Shown here: piece after piece, positions 42,093-57,080 of the stretch
How positions within the stretch are numbered: position 1 is the stretch's first letter
Layout of the letters: every line of letters starts with the position of its first letter
Assembly (NCBI GenBank): GCA_009779675.1
Contig: WRDS01000001.1
Location: 1 to 57,571 of the forward strand
Direction of reading: 5' to 3'
DNA: 57,571 nucleotides
DNA from: Coriobacteriia bacterium
GTDB taxonomy: Bacteria > Actinomycetota > Coriobacteriia > Anaerosomatales > PHET01
Notes under the pieces: model-generated
Seen by the model: only the letters and a program-made list of their open reading frames with translations
Databases searched by the model: none
What the model was told of the DNA's origin: nothing
Made by a program: the position numbers and the translations under genes

Positions 42093-45000
42093 CTACGATA
42101 GCGTGCACCCTTGGCCACCGTCAAGCACCGGATCCGCCGAACGCGCCGGATTCCCCAGGAATCCGCGGAGCCCACGCCTTCGAGTAAGGATCGCGCATAG
42201 GACTGCACTGCCAATAAGCATGATGCCGGCAACCGTTAAAGCAAGCACGCCTGCACCGCCCGAGTGGGGCATGGTCATTTGGCGGTAATTCGGCAATGTA
42301 AGGCCATTCGCGCCTGACTTGAACGCCGGTGGCTGCGAGACGGAATCGAAGCCACGTGCGGTGATATCGATGTCTGAGGTGGCGCTATCGCTATCTATGG
42401 TGATGAGCCACTGGCCACGCGGGAGCTGGTAGCCAGGAAGCGTCTTGGCCTCTACAAGCATATATTCGCCAGGCTCCAGACCCCAAAAACCTACAATGCC
42501 GTCCGCGTCGCTTGTCGCGGTAAGGGGATCGCTCCAGCAACAAAGCTCGGTGCCGGTCATCCCATCGTATGCCAGCCAGTCGTGGGAGTGGTAAGGATTC
42601 TCCTTCTCGGAGCACGAATACAGCTCGAACACGACACCTTTCATAGGGGCATCGGCCTCGTCAGCCTTACGGAACGTAAGGTCTACGGGATCCGGGGGGG
42701 GGGACGTTGGCGTATAGGTGATCGGGTAGCTGTCCCAACCTGTCTCATTCTCTATGACCACTAACATGTTGTACGCCTGATCCGGGATAAGACCCGTTAG
42801 CGCGTAGTTCTCAAAACCCGCATAATCAAACTCGGAGGCGAGCAGGATTGCTGAGCTGTGTGCTGCCCAGGATGGCTTGCCGCCAGGATCTATAGGATCC
42901 GTATCCCAATAGACCGTTACCTCAAGGGGCTCTATGCCGCCCTCAAAGGCCGCGCTTACCAATGCCTCCCCCGCCGCAGCGCCTTTATTCGCCTCGCCGC
43001 CCGTGATGCTTGGCGATGTCACGAATTCGGCTACCTCATCGCTCTCAAAGGTGTAATTGCTGGATCCCGACGTGAGCCCAAGGTCTACGTATACCGTGAT
43101 ATATGTGGTCAGGTAGTACCGTGTGTTGGGAAGCAGCGCCGCATCGCCCGTGTATTCACTAATCGTGGTCGTGGCAAAAGGGCTGATCCAGGGCAGATCC
43201 ACAGGGCTGTCCGGCCTGCCGCTTCCGTCAAGTCTATCCGAGTACTTAAAGCCGCCCGCGACATAGCTGCCGCTTCCTAAGGCGTGACCCGTGCTGACAA
43301 GGTCGGCGAAGTGTTTGCCGACGCTGTCTGCCGAGGGTGTGCCTGCCACAGGCAGGTAAACCGAGGGCAGCCGCCGCAGTTTGACAGGAAGCATGCCGTT
43401 GCCCGCGTTGTTGTTATGCTCATTGTACCCGGCTCGCGTCGCAACCGAGTAGATCTGCTCCTTGTCGTCTGCAGCGCGCACGACTGTCCCTATGATCGCA
43501 GAGCCGTTCTGCGCAAGTATATTGTCCGTTCGGGACTCGTCTATATCCGAACTGTAAGCAAAATTCTTGTACATGGCAGGCAAGGTCAGTGTTTTGAGCA
43601 GCGCGCTCAAATCCCCGTCGGCATACACGTTCAGCGTCGTGTCCTCTGTGGGCGAGACCGCCGAATCGACAAAGCCTGCATTAACGTAGTAGCCATTGCC
43701 CCTGTTGTTTTGAGTGCTGATGGCCGGGTAGTTCTCTTGGGAATACGCCCTGACATTCGCCGCAGCATCAAGATGGAAGTCTGCTAGATTACTTGTGCTG
43801 CTCCCAATGCCCGTGCTCTTCTCGCTTTGTGCAACCACCGTTCCGCCTGTGATGGCAATAGTGCTTCCGCCCTGATTGCCCCAGTAGCCGATGCCTGGGC
43901 CATTAACGCTCTTCGAGTACACCGTTCCGCCTGTGATGGTGATGTTGCATGCGCTGGGAGGGTTGCTGTTGTGAACCACGCCGATCCCCGTAAACTGAGA
44001 GGCCACGCTTACCGCACCACCGTTGATCACGATGTTGCCGCCTCCCGTGCGGTTGGAGCCCGCAGCAGAGCCGATGCCCGCGCCGTCTCCAGATTGCCCG
44101 GGGTAGTTGGCTACGGTCACATCGACAACCCCACCGTCGATGGTGATGTCTCCGGCTGGGCCATATGTGCCGCCGCCAATGCCCGCGCCGCGTGTGTGCT
44201 GGCGCACGGTCACCTTACCGCCGGTGATCTTGACCACACCGGCATCGCCACCATTAATGGAGGTGCCGCCGCCGCCGCCAATGCCCGCGCCGCCGACTGG
44301 CAGGCTCCCGCTGTTGACGCTGCCGTACTGCGTGACGGACACTGTTCCGCCGTTTATTGTGGTCATGCCGCCGTTGCCGCCACTGGTGCTACCGGTGCCC
44401 TCGAGACCATAGGCGCCGCCGCCGCCGATACATGCGCCTGACGAGTAGGCGGTTATGTCTATTGCGCCACCGTTTATTGTGACTGTGCCACCCGCACTGC
44501 CATTGCCGCCAGAACCGGAGCCACCAGAGCCGCCGATACCCGCATGGGTGCTGACGGAGCCCGCCTTTGGCGACATGGTAAGCCGATCGTCGGTATCGCT
44601 TCCGTTCAAGCTGTTGATGATGATCTCGGAGGTCGAGGGCACCTGGATGTAGCGCCTGATATAATTTTGACCGCTCAGCAGCAAAGCCAACCTACCTGAG
44701 CCAGACAGGTAGATCCTGCCCCCTGCTGAGAACGAGCCTCCCCCGAGGTCCTTGTCCCCCCCCATGTCTATCCTATCTATCACCAGCGTGACATCCACTC
44801 CGTCTGGAACCTCGATGCTGCCAAACATGGATGTGCCGTTCTTGCCGCCCGCATTAAGTGCACCACTTTGATAAATGCGATATACTTTTTCGTTGGCATT
44901 CGTGTTAAAAGTAAGGATGTAATCAGGCTTTGCGATTGGAAAGCGGGGATCGTAGGCCGCCGTGCCGGCAGAGACCGTATACCCATCGGCAGCGTTGCCC

Positions 45001-45206
45001 GTGATGGCAGTGGAGAGATCCAGCTCGGCCGCATACGTAAGTGCCCGCGCCCTCTGATCAGGTGGTACCGTTTCTTCCGTTGTAGCCTCGCCAGGATCAT
45101 CTGCGCCAAATGCAAAAAGACCCCTGATGGGCATCAGCCCCGCCAATATGATGAAAACCAGTAGGAGACGTGACAGTCTGCTTGCCGCGCTGCATCGCTT
45201 TTCCAT
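42093..45206 (-). CDS. Large surface adhesin: signal peptide, Gly-rich beta-helix-like repeats, SpaA/CnaB-type domain, sortase-like C-terminal anchor
   Basis: Start trimmed to ATG 45206 ('MEKRCSAASRLSRLLLVFIILAGLMP'). Repeated 'ITGGTV / INGGA..' and 'GAGIGGG' units. 'LTFRKADEADAPMKGVVFELY..GEYMLVEAKTLPGYQLP' is a CnaB/SpaA fold. C-terminus is 'MPHSGGAG' plus a hydrophobic helix plus 'RRRG'. Confidence 0.8.
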   Translation of the reverse strand: MEKRCSAASRLSRLLLVFIILAGLMPIRGLFAFGADDPGEATTEETVPPDQRARALTYAAELDLSTAITGNAADGYTVSAGTAAYDPRFPIAKPDYILTFNTNANEKVYRIYQSGALNAGGKNGTSMFGSIEVPDGVDVTLVIDRIDMGGDKDLGGGSFSAGGRIYLSGSGRLALLLSGQNYIRRYIQVPSTSEIIINSLNGSDTDDRLTMSPKAGSVSTHAGIGGSGGSGSGGNGSAGGTVTINGGAIDITAYSSGACIGGGGAYGLEGTGSTSGGNGGMTTINGGTVSVTQYGSVNSGSLPVGGAGIGGGGGTSINGGDAGVVKITGGKVTVRQHTRGAGIGGGTYGPAGDITIDGGVVDVTVANYPGQSGDGAGIGSAAGSNRTGGGNIVINGGAVSVASQFTGIGVVHNSNPPSACNITITGGTVYSKSVNGPGIGYWGNQGGSTIAITGGTVVAQSEKSTGIGSSTSNLADFHLDAAANVRAYSQENYPAISTQNNRGNGYYVNAGFVDSAVSPTEDTTLNVYADGDLSALLKTLTLPAMYKNFAYSSDIDESRTDNILAQNGSAIIGTVVRAADDKEQIYSVATRAGYNEHNNNAGNGMLPVKLRRLPSVYLPVAGTPSADSVGKHFADLVSTGHALGSGSYVAGGFKYSDRLDGSGRPDSPVDLPWISPFATTTISEYTGDAALLPNTRYYLTTYITVYVDLGLTSGSSNYTFESDEVAEFVTSPSITGGEANKGAAAGEALVSAAFEGGIEPLEVTVYWDTDPIDPGGKPSWAAHSSAILLASEFDYAGFENYALTGLIPDQAYNMLVVIENETGWDSYPITYTPTSPPPDPVDLTFRKADEADAPMKGVVFELYSCSEKENPYHSHDWLAYDGMTGTELCCWSDPLTATSDADGIVGFWGLEPGEYMLVEAKTLPGYQLPRGQWLITIDSDSATSDIDITARGFDSVSQPPAFKSGANGLTLPNYRQMTMPHSGGAGVLALTVAGIMLIGSAVLCAILTRRRGLRGFLGNPARSADPVLDGGQGCTLS
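42694..42703. repeat. G10 (C10 on the coding strand) homopolymer inside the adhesin ORF
   Basis: 'tccggggggggggacg' encodes 'TSPPPDP', just upstream of the CnaB domain and the anchor. Confidence 0.9.
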
Positions 45207-45542
45207 TGGACAACCCCTTTTGTTCAGCCTGTCCCTAGCGCCATTTGCCGAGAGGTGGCTTCGCCTTCCTTCTTCTATCTGCGTGGCATGTGCCCAGCTG
45301 CGAGCCAAGTTGGCGCCAGGTGCCCGGTCAGCCTGTGCGGGTGCTAGTCCTATGCGCTCGATGACCGGGCTTTATTACGCAAACAATTACGCGACTATGC
45401 CGTTCAAAGGCGGTTAGAAGCAATGCGCATGCCAAGACATCATTTCGTCTGCAAAACCTGGTCGACTCATTCGGAGTATGATGGCTGCTCAGAGAAAGAC
45501 TGCCCGCCATGCGGGCATGATCTGCTTTCCGGAGGATGCGTA

Positions 45543-46052
45543 ATGGTACAGGTCAGGATCGCAAGCATCGCCATCGACCCGTCCACGGGCCAGCCCGTGA
45601 TCATCCTGCAGCCTCTCGGCGAGCCAGAAGATAACCGATTGCTGCCCATCTGGATAGGGCACCCCGAGGCGGCGGCGATCCTTTTGGCGGTCCAAGGCGT
45701 GTCCACCCCGCGCCCCATGACCCACGACCTGTTGATGAGCGCTCTGGAAAGCGTTGGTTTCGCCGCCGAGCAGGTCGAGATCACCCGCGTGGACGATGGG
45801 ACCTTCTTCTCCAACGTCTTGCTTCGCGACCAGAAGACCGACGAGGTCAGGCTCGTTGATTCGCGGCCATCGGATGCGATCGCGATTGCCGTACGGGCCT
45901 GTGCGCCCATCTTCGTTGCCCGTAGCGTGTTGGAAGAGGCGGCCATCCCTGGCGGTTCGGTGAGCATCGGCGTGAACGTGGACGATGATGCCGCCATCGA
46001 GGAGTTCCGAGCGTTTCTGGAGCGCGTCGACCCGGCGGACTTCCAGGGCTGA
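45543..46052 (+). CDS. Bifunctional nuclease (BFN/DUF151) family protein
   Basis: 'VRIASIAIDPSTGQPVIILQP..LPIWIGHPEAAAILLAVQGVSTPRPMTHDLL' matches the DUF151 core. ATG 45543 lies 8 nt after GGAGGA. The ORF is also open from 45423. Confidence 0.75.
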   Translation: MVQVRIASIAIDPSTGQPVIILQPLGEPEDNRLLPIWIGHPEAAAILLAVQGVSTPRPMTHDLLMSALESVGFAAEQVEITRVDDGTFFSNVLLRDQKTDEVRLVDSRPSDAIAIAVRACAPIFVARSVLEEAAIPGGSVSIGVNVDDDAAIEEFRAFLERVDPADFQG

Positions 46053-46097
46053 GCGGTAACCGAGTGGCTGCTGCTCGCCGCCGCGCCGCCGTGGCCG

Positions 46098-47294
46098 CTA
46101 CTCGTACCTAAGCGCCACGATGGGATCGAGCCGGGAGGCACGCCACGCTGGGTACACACCAAAGAAGATCCCGACCGCCGCGCTGAACCCAAAGGCAAGC
46201 GTAACCGCCCACCAGGTGATCTCGGTGGGGATCCAGGTCTTGAGCGCCAACGCCCCCGCCCAGCCGATCAGGATGCCGATCGCCCCGCCCACAACGGACA
46301 GCACGATAGCCTCGATCACGAACTGGCTCATGATGTCATAGGTCTTAGCGCCAACGGCCTTACGGATGCCGATCTCCCGCGTGCGCTCGCTCACGCTCAC
46401 CAGCATGATGTTCATGATCCCGATACCGCCCACCAAAAGCGATATCCCAGCAATCCCGGCAAGCATCACCGTAAGCGTGCCGAGCAGTGTGGAGAGTATG
46501 CCAAGCGTCTGCTCCTGCGTGAACACGGTGATGTCATCGCCAAACGATGGGCGGAGGGCCTGCCTGATCTTATGCTTGACAAGCTCGATCCTGCCCGGAT
46601 CCTCCGCTTTGGCCACAATCACCGAGATGTCGCTTACCGAGAGCAAACGCTGCGCGGTTGTCAGCGGCATATATACGCGGTTGTCCTGATCGCCCGAGAG
46701 CGTGCCGCCCTGTTTGGCGTACTGCCCGATGACCTCAAAGCGCTCGCCGTTGATCTGCACTTCTCGGCCAACGGGGTTCTGCCCGGGGAACAGCTCCTCT
46801 GCCGGTGTCGCTCCGAGCACCGCCACACGCGTTGCGGTTATGTACTCGCTGCGGGAATACCCGCGCCCGTACACAAGATCACTCGTGAAGACCTCGGAGC
46901 CATACTGGTTCGCCGCGGCGATCATAGCGCGCATCGAATGGCTGCCCGCCTTGAGCCTCGCGGCACCCTGCAGTATGGGGACGACAAGCGCGTCGCCGCC
47001 AAGCTGCCGCTCCAACAGGTCGGCATCGTCAAGTGTAAACGACTTTCCCGCACCCATAGCCCCGCCACCGGCCCCGCCGCTTTCCGCCGAGATATCCGCA
47101 GGGACCACAAAGAGCAGGTTCGAACCCATCCCCTCGATCTGCCCGGTGATCTCTTGCTGCACCCCTGACCCGATCGCGACAAGCAGGATGACTGCGGCAA
47201 CGCCGATGATGACACCGAGCATGGTAAGCGCCGCTCGGCCCTTGTTCGCGCCAAGGGCACGGAGTGCGATGCGGAAGCTCTCCACGAGGTTCAC
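46098..47294 (-). CDS. MacB-type ABC transporter permease (MacB_PCD + FtsX domain)
   Basis: '[26 protein letters not shown]' N-terminal TM, a periplasmic domain, then a C-terminal FtsX-like region '[20 protein letters not shown]'. Confidence 0.85.
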   Translation of the reverse strand: MNLVESFRIALRALGANKGRAALTMLGVIIGVAAVILLVAIGSGVQQEITGQIEGMGSNLLFVVPADISAESGGAGGGAMGAGKSFTLDDADLLERQLGGDALVVPILQGAARLKAGSHSMRAMIAAANQYGSEVFTSDLVYGRGYSRSEYITATRVAVLGATPAEELFPGQNPVGREVQINGERFEVIGQYAKQGGTLSGDQDNRVYMPLTTAQRLLSVSDISVIVAKAEDPGRIELVKHKIRQALRPSFGDDITVFTQEQTLGILSTLLGTLTVMLAGIAGISLLVGGIGIMNIMLVSVSERTREIGIRKAVGAKTYDIMSQFVIEAIVLSVVGGAIGILIGWAGALALKTWIPTEITWWAVTLAFGFSAAVGIFFGVYPAWRASRLDPIVALRYE

Positions 47295-48181
47295 TGCAAA
47301 CCACCCATATGGTCGTCGGTGTAGTCGCCCGCATGATCACCCGCGTTATCGCCCGCGTGCTCGTGCAGATACTCGGCAAGACGCGCCTGCGCGTCGGTGC
47401 GATCAACAACGATGCGGTTGGCCACGACCCCGCCGTCCCTGATCTCTATAACACGCTGGGCGTGCTGGGCAATACTTGTGTCATGGGTGACAAGCACCAC
47501 GGTTATCCCCTGCTCGTTGAGCCCTTGCAGGATCGCCATGACCTCGATGCCGCTGCGGGAGTCGAGGTTGCCGGTGGGCTCGTCGGCAAGCACCATGCTC
47601 GGATTGGTCACGAGCGCACGGGCGATCGCCACACGCTGTTGCTGGCCTCCCGAAAGCTGGTTGGGCATGTGACGCAACCGTTCGCCAAGGCCAACGCGGG
47701 CAAGTGCCTCCTGCGCACGTTTGGCACGCTCCGCCGCCGACACGCCGGCATAGATCAGGGGAAGCTCCACGTTTGCCTGTGCGGTCGTGCGCGCCAAAAG
47801 GTTGAACGCCTGGAACACAAAGCCGATCCGCTTGTTGCGCACCGCCGCAAGCTCGTTCGGGAGCATTGCCGAGACATCCTCGCCCTCGACCGCCACGATT
47901 CCGGTGCTTGGACGGTCCAGTAAGCCGATGATGTGCATGAGCGTAGACTTCCCTGACCCGGAGGGGCCGATGATCGCAAGCATCTCCCCCTCATGCACGG
48001 CAACGTCCACACCGCGCAGGGCATGCACCTCGATCTCGTCGAGATGGTAGGTCTTCGAGACCCCCCGTGCCTCGATCACCGGACGCCCGATGGGCTGGGG
48101 AGCCGCATCGGCGGGCTGCTCGGCATGGGCAGCCTGCCCGACGAGAGCAGACGGCTCGGCATGTGCGGGGTTGCTCGGCAT
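47291..48181 (-). CDS. MacB/LolD-type ABC transporter ATP-binding protein
   Basis: '[10 protein letters not shown]','[15 protein letters not shown]','[11 protein letters not shown]' motifs. His/Asp-rich tail '[19 protein letters not shown]'. Confidence 0.85.
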   Translation of the reverse strand: MPSNPAHAEPSALVGQAAHAEQPADAAPQPIGRPVIEARGVSKTYHLDEIEVHALRGVDVAVHEGEMLAIIGPSGSGKSTLMHIIGLLDRPSTGIVAVEGEDVSAMLPNELAAVRNKRIGFVFQAFNLLARTTAQANVELPLIYAGVSAAERAKRAQEALARVGLGERLRHMPNQLSGGQQQRVAIARALVTNPSMVLADEPTGNLDSRSGIEVMAILQGLNEQGITVVLVTHDTSIAQHAQRVIEIRDGGVVANRIVVDRTDAQARLAEYLHEHAGDNAGDHAGDYTDDHMGGLQ

Positions 48182-48199
48182 GGGGCTAGACGGCCGTGC

Positions 48200-49663
48200 T
48201 CACTTTGCGGCAGCCGTACGTACGGCCATGCCATCCCGATACTGCGTCGCCCCCAGCAAGGCGACCACCTTCCCCTCTTCCAGGCCGCTTAACACTTCGA
48301 TCCTGGTGTCCGTCTCCGCTCCGATCGTGACCGCGGTCTTTTTAAGCTTGTTGTCCGAGACGACATAGACGAAGTCCTTGCCCCCCTCGCTGAACCATGC
48401 CTCGATGGGAACGGTCAACGCTTGGGCCCGGGTGCTTACCTCGATCGTGGTCCTTCCCTTCATCCCCAGCAGGATATCCGCCGAGGAACCGGTGAGCAGC
48501 AGCTCGACCTCGAACACCGTCCCACCAGTCGCCGTGCGCTGGGCCACAGGGTTTATATGCGCCACCTTGGTATTTATCGTCGTCCCTGAGAACGCGTCGA
48601 GCGTGACCGAGCCGTCCATCCCTACCTGTATCCGCCCGATATCGCCCTCATCGACCTCGGCGGTAAAGCTGAGGGCATCAAAGTCCATGATCGTGAAGGG
48701 GGCGGTCCCGGGCGATACCGCCGAGCCTTCGCTAAGCGGCGGCATCACCACACCTGGGATCATCGAAGAACCCGCGTTGAAGATGACGACCCCGTCGATC
48801 GGGGCGACAAGCTTGGCATCGTCAAGCGTCTTTTGTGCGAGCTCCAGCGCGGCCCGCGCCTGCGCGGCACCGTCTTTTGCCGCCGCCCTCTGCGCCGAGA
48901 TGCTGGTGTTGCCCTTGAGCTTCGCGAGTTGCGCCTCAGCTCCCTTGAGCGCCGCATATGCCTGGCTTTCGGCTGCCTTCGCACTCACGCTTGCCGTGGC
49001 CGGATCCGCCTGCCTGAGCTGCTCTTCTGCCGCCCTCGCCGAGAGGTAGGCGATGCTTGCCTCGGCCCTTGCCGCAGCCAGCGCGGCTTTGGTGCTGTCC
49101 TCGGACGGGTATGCGTCATACGCCGCCGAGGCATCCTTAAGCGCATTCCTTGCGGCCTCGGTCGCGGCATGGGCGGCTTCGAGCTGCACCGCGTATGTGC
49201 TCGTATCCGCGGCCATCGCCGACTGCTTCTTGGCGGCCTCATACGCGTTGCGGGCAGCTGTCACGTTTGCCTGGGCGGCGGCCCGATCAGCAGGACTCAC
49301 CGCAGAGTCATTGATAGCAGCCAGCTGCGCATTCGCTTGGGAAAGCGCGGCTTTGGCCTGTGCGACCTGCAGCTCAATGGGCCTGGTGTCCATGACGGCA
49401 AGTGCCATCCCGGCAGTAACAGTCTCGCCATCACTCACGTATACCCTGTCCAACACGCCCTGGGTCGGAGGATACACGTCATAGCGGACCCCGGCCTTGG
49501 TCTCGCCAGATGCCTTCACAGTGACCGCAAGCTTCTCGGTCGCGGCCTTGGCGGTCTCGATCTCGGGCATGCTTGCGCGAGCGCTCCACACAAAGTATCC
49601 GACTATGCCCGCTACTGTCAGGATCCCTACGATCGCAAGAATCACGCGGCTCTTTTTTGACAC
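48200..49663 (-). CDS. HlyD/MacA-type periplasmic adaptor (membrane fusion protein)
   Basis: N-terminal TM, a long Ala-rich coiled-coil hairpin, and lipoyl/beta-barrel segments ('APIDGVV','VDEGDI..V..G'). It is first in the operon with the MacB-like genes. Confidence 0.8.
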   Translation of the reverse strand: MSKKSRVILAIVGILTVAGIVGYFVWSARASMPEIETAKAATEKLAVTVKASGETKAGVRYDVYPPTQGVLDRVYVSDGETVTAGMALAVMDTRPIELQVAQAKAALSQANAQLAAINDSAVSPADRAAAQANVTAARNAYEAAKKQSAMAADTSTYAVQLEAAHAATEAARNALKDASAAYDAYPSEDSTKAALAAARAEASIAYLSARAAEEQLRQADPATASVSAKAAESQAYAALKGAEAQLAKLKGNTSISAQRAAAKDGAAQARAALELAQKTLDDAKLVAPIDGVVIFNAGSSMIPGVVMPPLSEGSAVSPGTAPFTIMDFDALSFTAEVDEGDIGRIQVGMDGSVTLDAFSGTTINTKVAHINPVAQRTATGGTVFEVELLLTGSSADILLGMKGRTTIEVSTRAQALTVPIEAWFSEGGKDFVYVVSDNKLKKTAVTIGAETDTRIEVLSGLEEGKVVALLGATQYRDGMAVRTAAAK

Positions 49664-49768
49664 CAGATCCTCCCCATATGCAGCGATATACCAGGCTCAT
49701 CGACAGATTCGCTCAGCAGCCCCACCAGGGCATCCGCGCTCACGACGACTCCGCCGAGATGCCCGCGC

Positions 49769-50206
49769 TCACGGCAGCCCCGCCGTGGTGCCAGCTGTTA
49801 TCTCCGCCAATTTACCTGTAATCCGGACATATTCCCTTGCGTCATGCTCCTCGAGCACACTAAGCATTTTTGCGGCAAGCCCTACAACTTCTCGGCGATG
49901 TTTTTCTGCAATGGCCCTTCCCTTCGGGGTCAGCTCGATCAAAACCCTCCTGCGATCCCTTTGATCGATCTGCCGAGTGATCCAGCCCTTGCTCTCCGCG
50001 TTGTTCAGGACCTGCGCGGTCCTTGCGGAGCTGACGCCCAGCTTGCGCCTGATCCCACTGGGCAGCGCCTCGCCGCTACAGAACGCGATGTGGTGCAAAG
50101 CGGCCGCCTCGCCGTGCAGGAACTCGGCAATGCCTTTCTCGAAGCCTGTCCTGCGAAGCGAGTACATGCTGTTCAAAAGCTCGGAGGCTAACTCCTGGTA
50201 ATCCAC
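49769..50206 (-). CDS. MarR-family transcriptional regulator
   Basis: Winged HTH 'LPSGIRRKLGVSSARTAQVLNNAESKGWITRQIDQRDRRRVLIELTPKG'. Confidence 0.85.
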   Translation of the reverse strand: MDYQELASELLNSMYSLRRTGFEKGIAEFLHGEAAALHHIAFCSGEALPSGIRRKLGVSSARTAQVLNNAESKGWITRQIDQRDRRRVLIELTPKGRAIAEKHRREVVGLAAKMLSVLEEHDAREYVRITGKLAEITAGTTAGLP

Positions 50207-50321
50207 TCGACGGCTCTCCCTACCGCTCTTTCGCTTGCTGCCCGCTTGTAGCCCTCCCGCTCGCTCTCTGTTGCGCTCCTTACTGCTTTCCCGCTCGCTT
50301 CCGCCTGCGCTCTCTGCTTAT

Positions 50322-50356
50322 TTGCTAATGCTATTACAATATAATCCAATTAGCAA
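50322..50356. promoter_or_regulatory. Inverted repeat TTGCTAAT-N19-ATTAGCAA upstream of marR
   Basis: 8-bp perfect arms in an AT-rich patch, 116-150 nt upstream of the MarR start (50206). Candidate operator. Confidence 0.3.
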
Positions 50357-51145
50357 ACCCTACGGCTCTTCAGTGGCGGCCCTTCACGACAAAACCACAG
50401 ATGCACCACATTTGATGCGCCACGCCTGTGCGCCAGTTCTGTCATGGCCGACTATGCTTTTATCATGACCGGCTATGTCTCCTGCGCCTGCGCAGGCAAA
50501 GCGTCGTGATCACGGAGCACCTGGGCTACTTCGGACACCGACCGGATCGCATACTGCGGCGAGAGCGCAAGCAGCCGTTCCGGCGTGGCGACGCCCCAGA
50601 GCGCAGCAATAGAGACGCAACCGGCGGCGGTCGCTGCGCGCATGTCATGCGGGCTGTCCCCTATGTAGGCGCAGCGCGTCACATCGACCTCAAGGCGTTC
50701 GGCGGCGTATCGGAGGGGATACGGATCCGGCTTGTGAGCCGACACGTCGTCAAGTGCGACAAGCACCTCGACAAAACGAGTCAGGCCGCATTGCAAAAGC
50801 CCCCGCTCGGCAAGGGCCCTGCCCTTGGACGTGACCACACCAAGGCGGTAGCCAAGGCCTTTGAGCTGCTCCAGGGCGGCAGCCGTTCCGGGATACTCTT
50901 TGATCAGGGAGTCGTGCACGCGAAGATGGTGCTCCCGATAGGCGGACATGAGCCCATCTGCCCGCTCGGCATCAAACACCTTCATCTGCGCAGCAAGCGG
51001 TGTCCCTACATGCCTCATAAGCACCTCGTCGGGCAGCGTCTTGCCGAGCACCGTCTTTGTCGCGTGCCTCATCGAGGCCCGGATCGCCTCCAGCGTGTCT
51101 ATGAGCGTTCCGTCCAAGTCGAACAACGCCGCCTGTATGGAAGCC

Positions 51146-53809
<2,664 letters not shown>

Positions 53810-54421
53810 TTAGAGCACTCCTCGCCTTTTGAGGCTTTTATAAAGCAGCCATGCCCCGATCCCCCCAAAGAGCATGCCGAACAGGCCAAGCCCCATGCTG
53901 GATGTGGGCCCGATCCACCCGGCATTCCTGGTCCCTCCCAAAGCAGCGACGCTCCAGATCATAAGCAGGGCACCGGCGGCCAAAAGAACCCCACCGGCGG
54001 CCAGGCCGACCCAGGACAGGTCCTTCGAGCCCCTGGACTCCTCGGCAGCAAGGTTCGCGAACAGCTCGGCCATCCTCGCCTCGTCCAGCTTGCCTGCCTC
54101 CTCACCTGCCGAGGCACCCGTGCGTTCCGTGCCAAGCTCCGCATCGGGCACAGCTGGTGCTGCAGCCATCGCAGTTGCGTCTGGCGCGCCGACCGGTACC
54201 GCGCCAGACTCGGTGCCTGGCACGACCCCTGCCGCCGCGCCAGCTGTGGGCGCAACGCCTGCCACAACAGCGTCCGTTGCGCTTGCCGCTTGGGCGCTTT
54301 CAGCCTGCTCCGTACGCAGGCGCGCCATCTCATCAAAAGCATCCTGCTCCCAAGGAGGCGGCTCAAAGGGCTTGCACTCCCTTTTCTCGGCGGGTGGGAA
54401 CTTGATCTCATCATCGCTCAT
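53810..54421 (-). CDS. Hypothetical membrane protein between gyrB and gyrA
   Basis: ATG 54421 lies after AAGGAA. Acidic N-terminus 'MSDDEIKFPPAEKRECKPFEPPPWEQD', an Ala-rich linker and two C-terminal TM helices. Confidence 0.5.
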   Translation of the reverse strand: MSDDEIKFPPAEKRECKPFEPPPWEQDAFDEMARLRTEQAESAQAASATDAVVAGVAPTAGAAAGVVPGTESGAVPVGAPDATAMAAAPAVPDAELGTERTGASAGEEAGKLDEARMAELFANLAAEESRGSKDLSWVGLAAGGVLLAAGALLMIWSVAALGGTRNAGWIGPTSSMGLGLFGMLFGGIGAWLLYKSLKRRGVL

Positions 54422-54467
54422 GGCAGGGTTCCTTAAACACGCTCGATCCGTTACGTGTCCGAATCCA

Positions 54468-56417
<1,950 letters not shown>

Positions 56418-56499
56418 TTACGAAGCGCTTTCCGCTAGATATTGTGGAGATGTTTTTTATTCTACCACAAGCAGTAGTGTGATAACGCCCAAACGCCCT

Positions 56500-57039
56500 T
56501 CAGCGGCATTCTCCGGCATTCTCCGGTCTATGCGTTTTATCCGACCCTTTTTTCCACTCAAGATCAGCCACCGTCGCTCTGATTACCGCTTCCCGCAACT
56601 CACTGTCCTCAATAGAGGCCGCCGATGCCTCCACTATCAAAAGTTCTTCGGGCGAAAGCCTGGCTGGCTGGTCGCGGGTTTGCATTCCTTCTTCTTTCCC
56701 GTGAGCGTCTTGCGCTGCCAAGCGCACCGCGCTTGTCCTCTTGGACACATTGAAGCGCATAGCTCTAACCAGTTCCTCACCAAGAACAGTGTTGATGGCC
56801 GTCCGGTACGATTCGCTAAGAGCCGAGAGCTCTGCCGCCCACACGTGCGAGTCAACATATACCATCATTGCGCCCTGCCGAAGGTGCACCTCGGTCGTGT
56901 GCGCCGAGACCGTTGGGCCAGCCGTCTCATCCCATGCGTTAGATATCCTTGCCTGGACAAGGCCACCGCCACTGCGTTTGTTCAGGCGGGAGGAAAGCCT
57001 CCTGAGCCCATCGGCAAGATCTGTTCCTTTGCGCCTCAT
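56500..57039 (-). CDS. dciA: DUF721 (DciA-family) protein
   Basis: 'AWDETAGPTVSAHTTEVHLRQGAMMVYVDSHVWAAELS' matches the DUF721 pattern. Its position between recF and gyrB is the same as Rv0004 in mycobacteria. Confidence 0.65.
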   Translation of the reverse strand: MRRKGTDLADGLRRLSSRLNKRSGGGLVQARISNAWDETAGPTVSAHTTEVHLRQGAMMVYVDSHVWAAELSALSESYRTAINTVLGEELVRAMRFNVSKRTSAVRLAAQDAHGKEEGMQTRDQPARLSPEELLIVEASAASIEDSELREAVIRATVADLEWKKGSDKTHRPENAGECR

Positions 57040-57080
57040 TGCCCTCTAACCCTCTGCCGCCCGGATCCGCCGAGCCTTAT

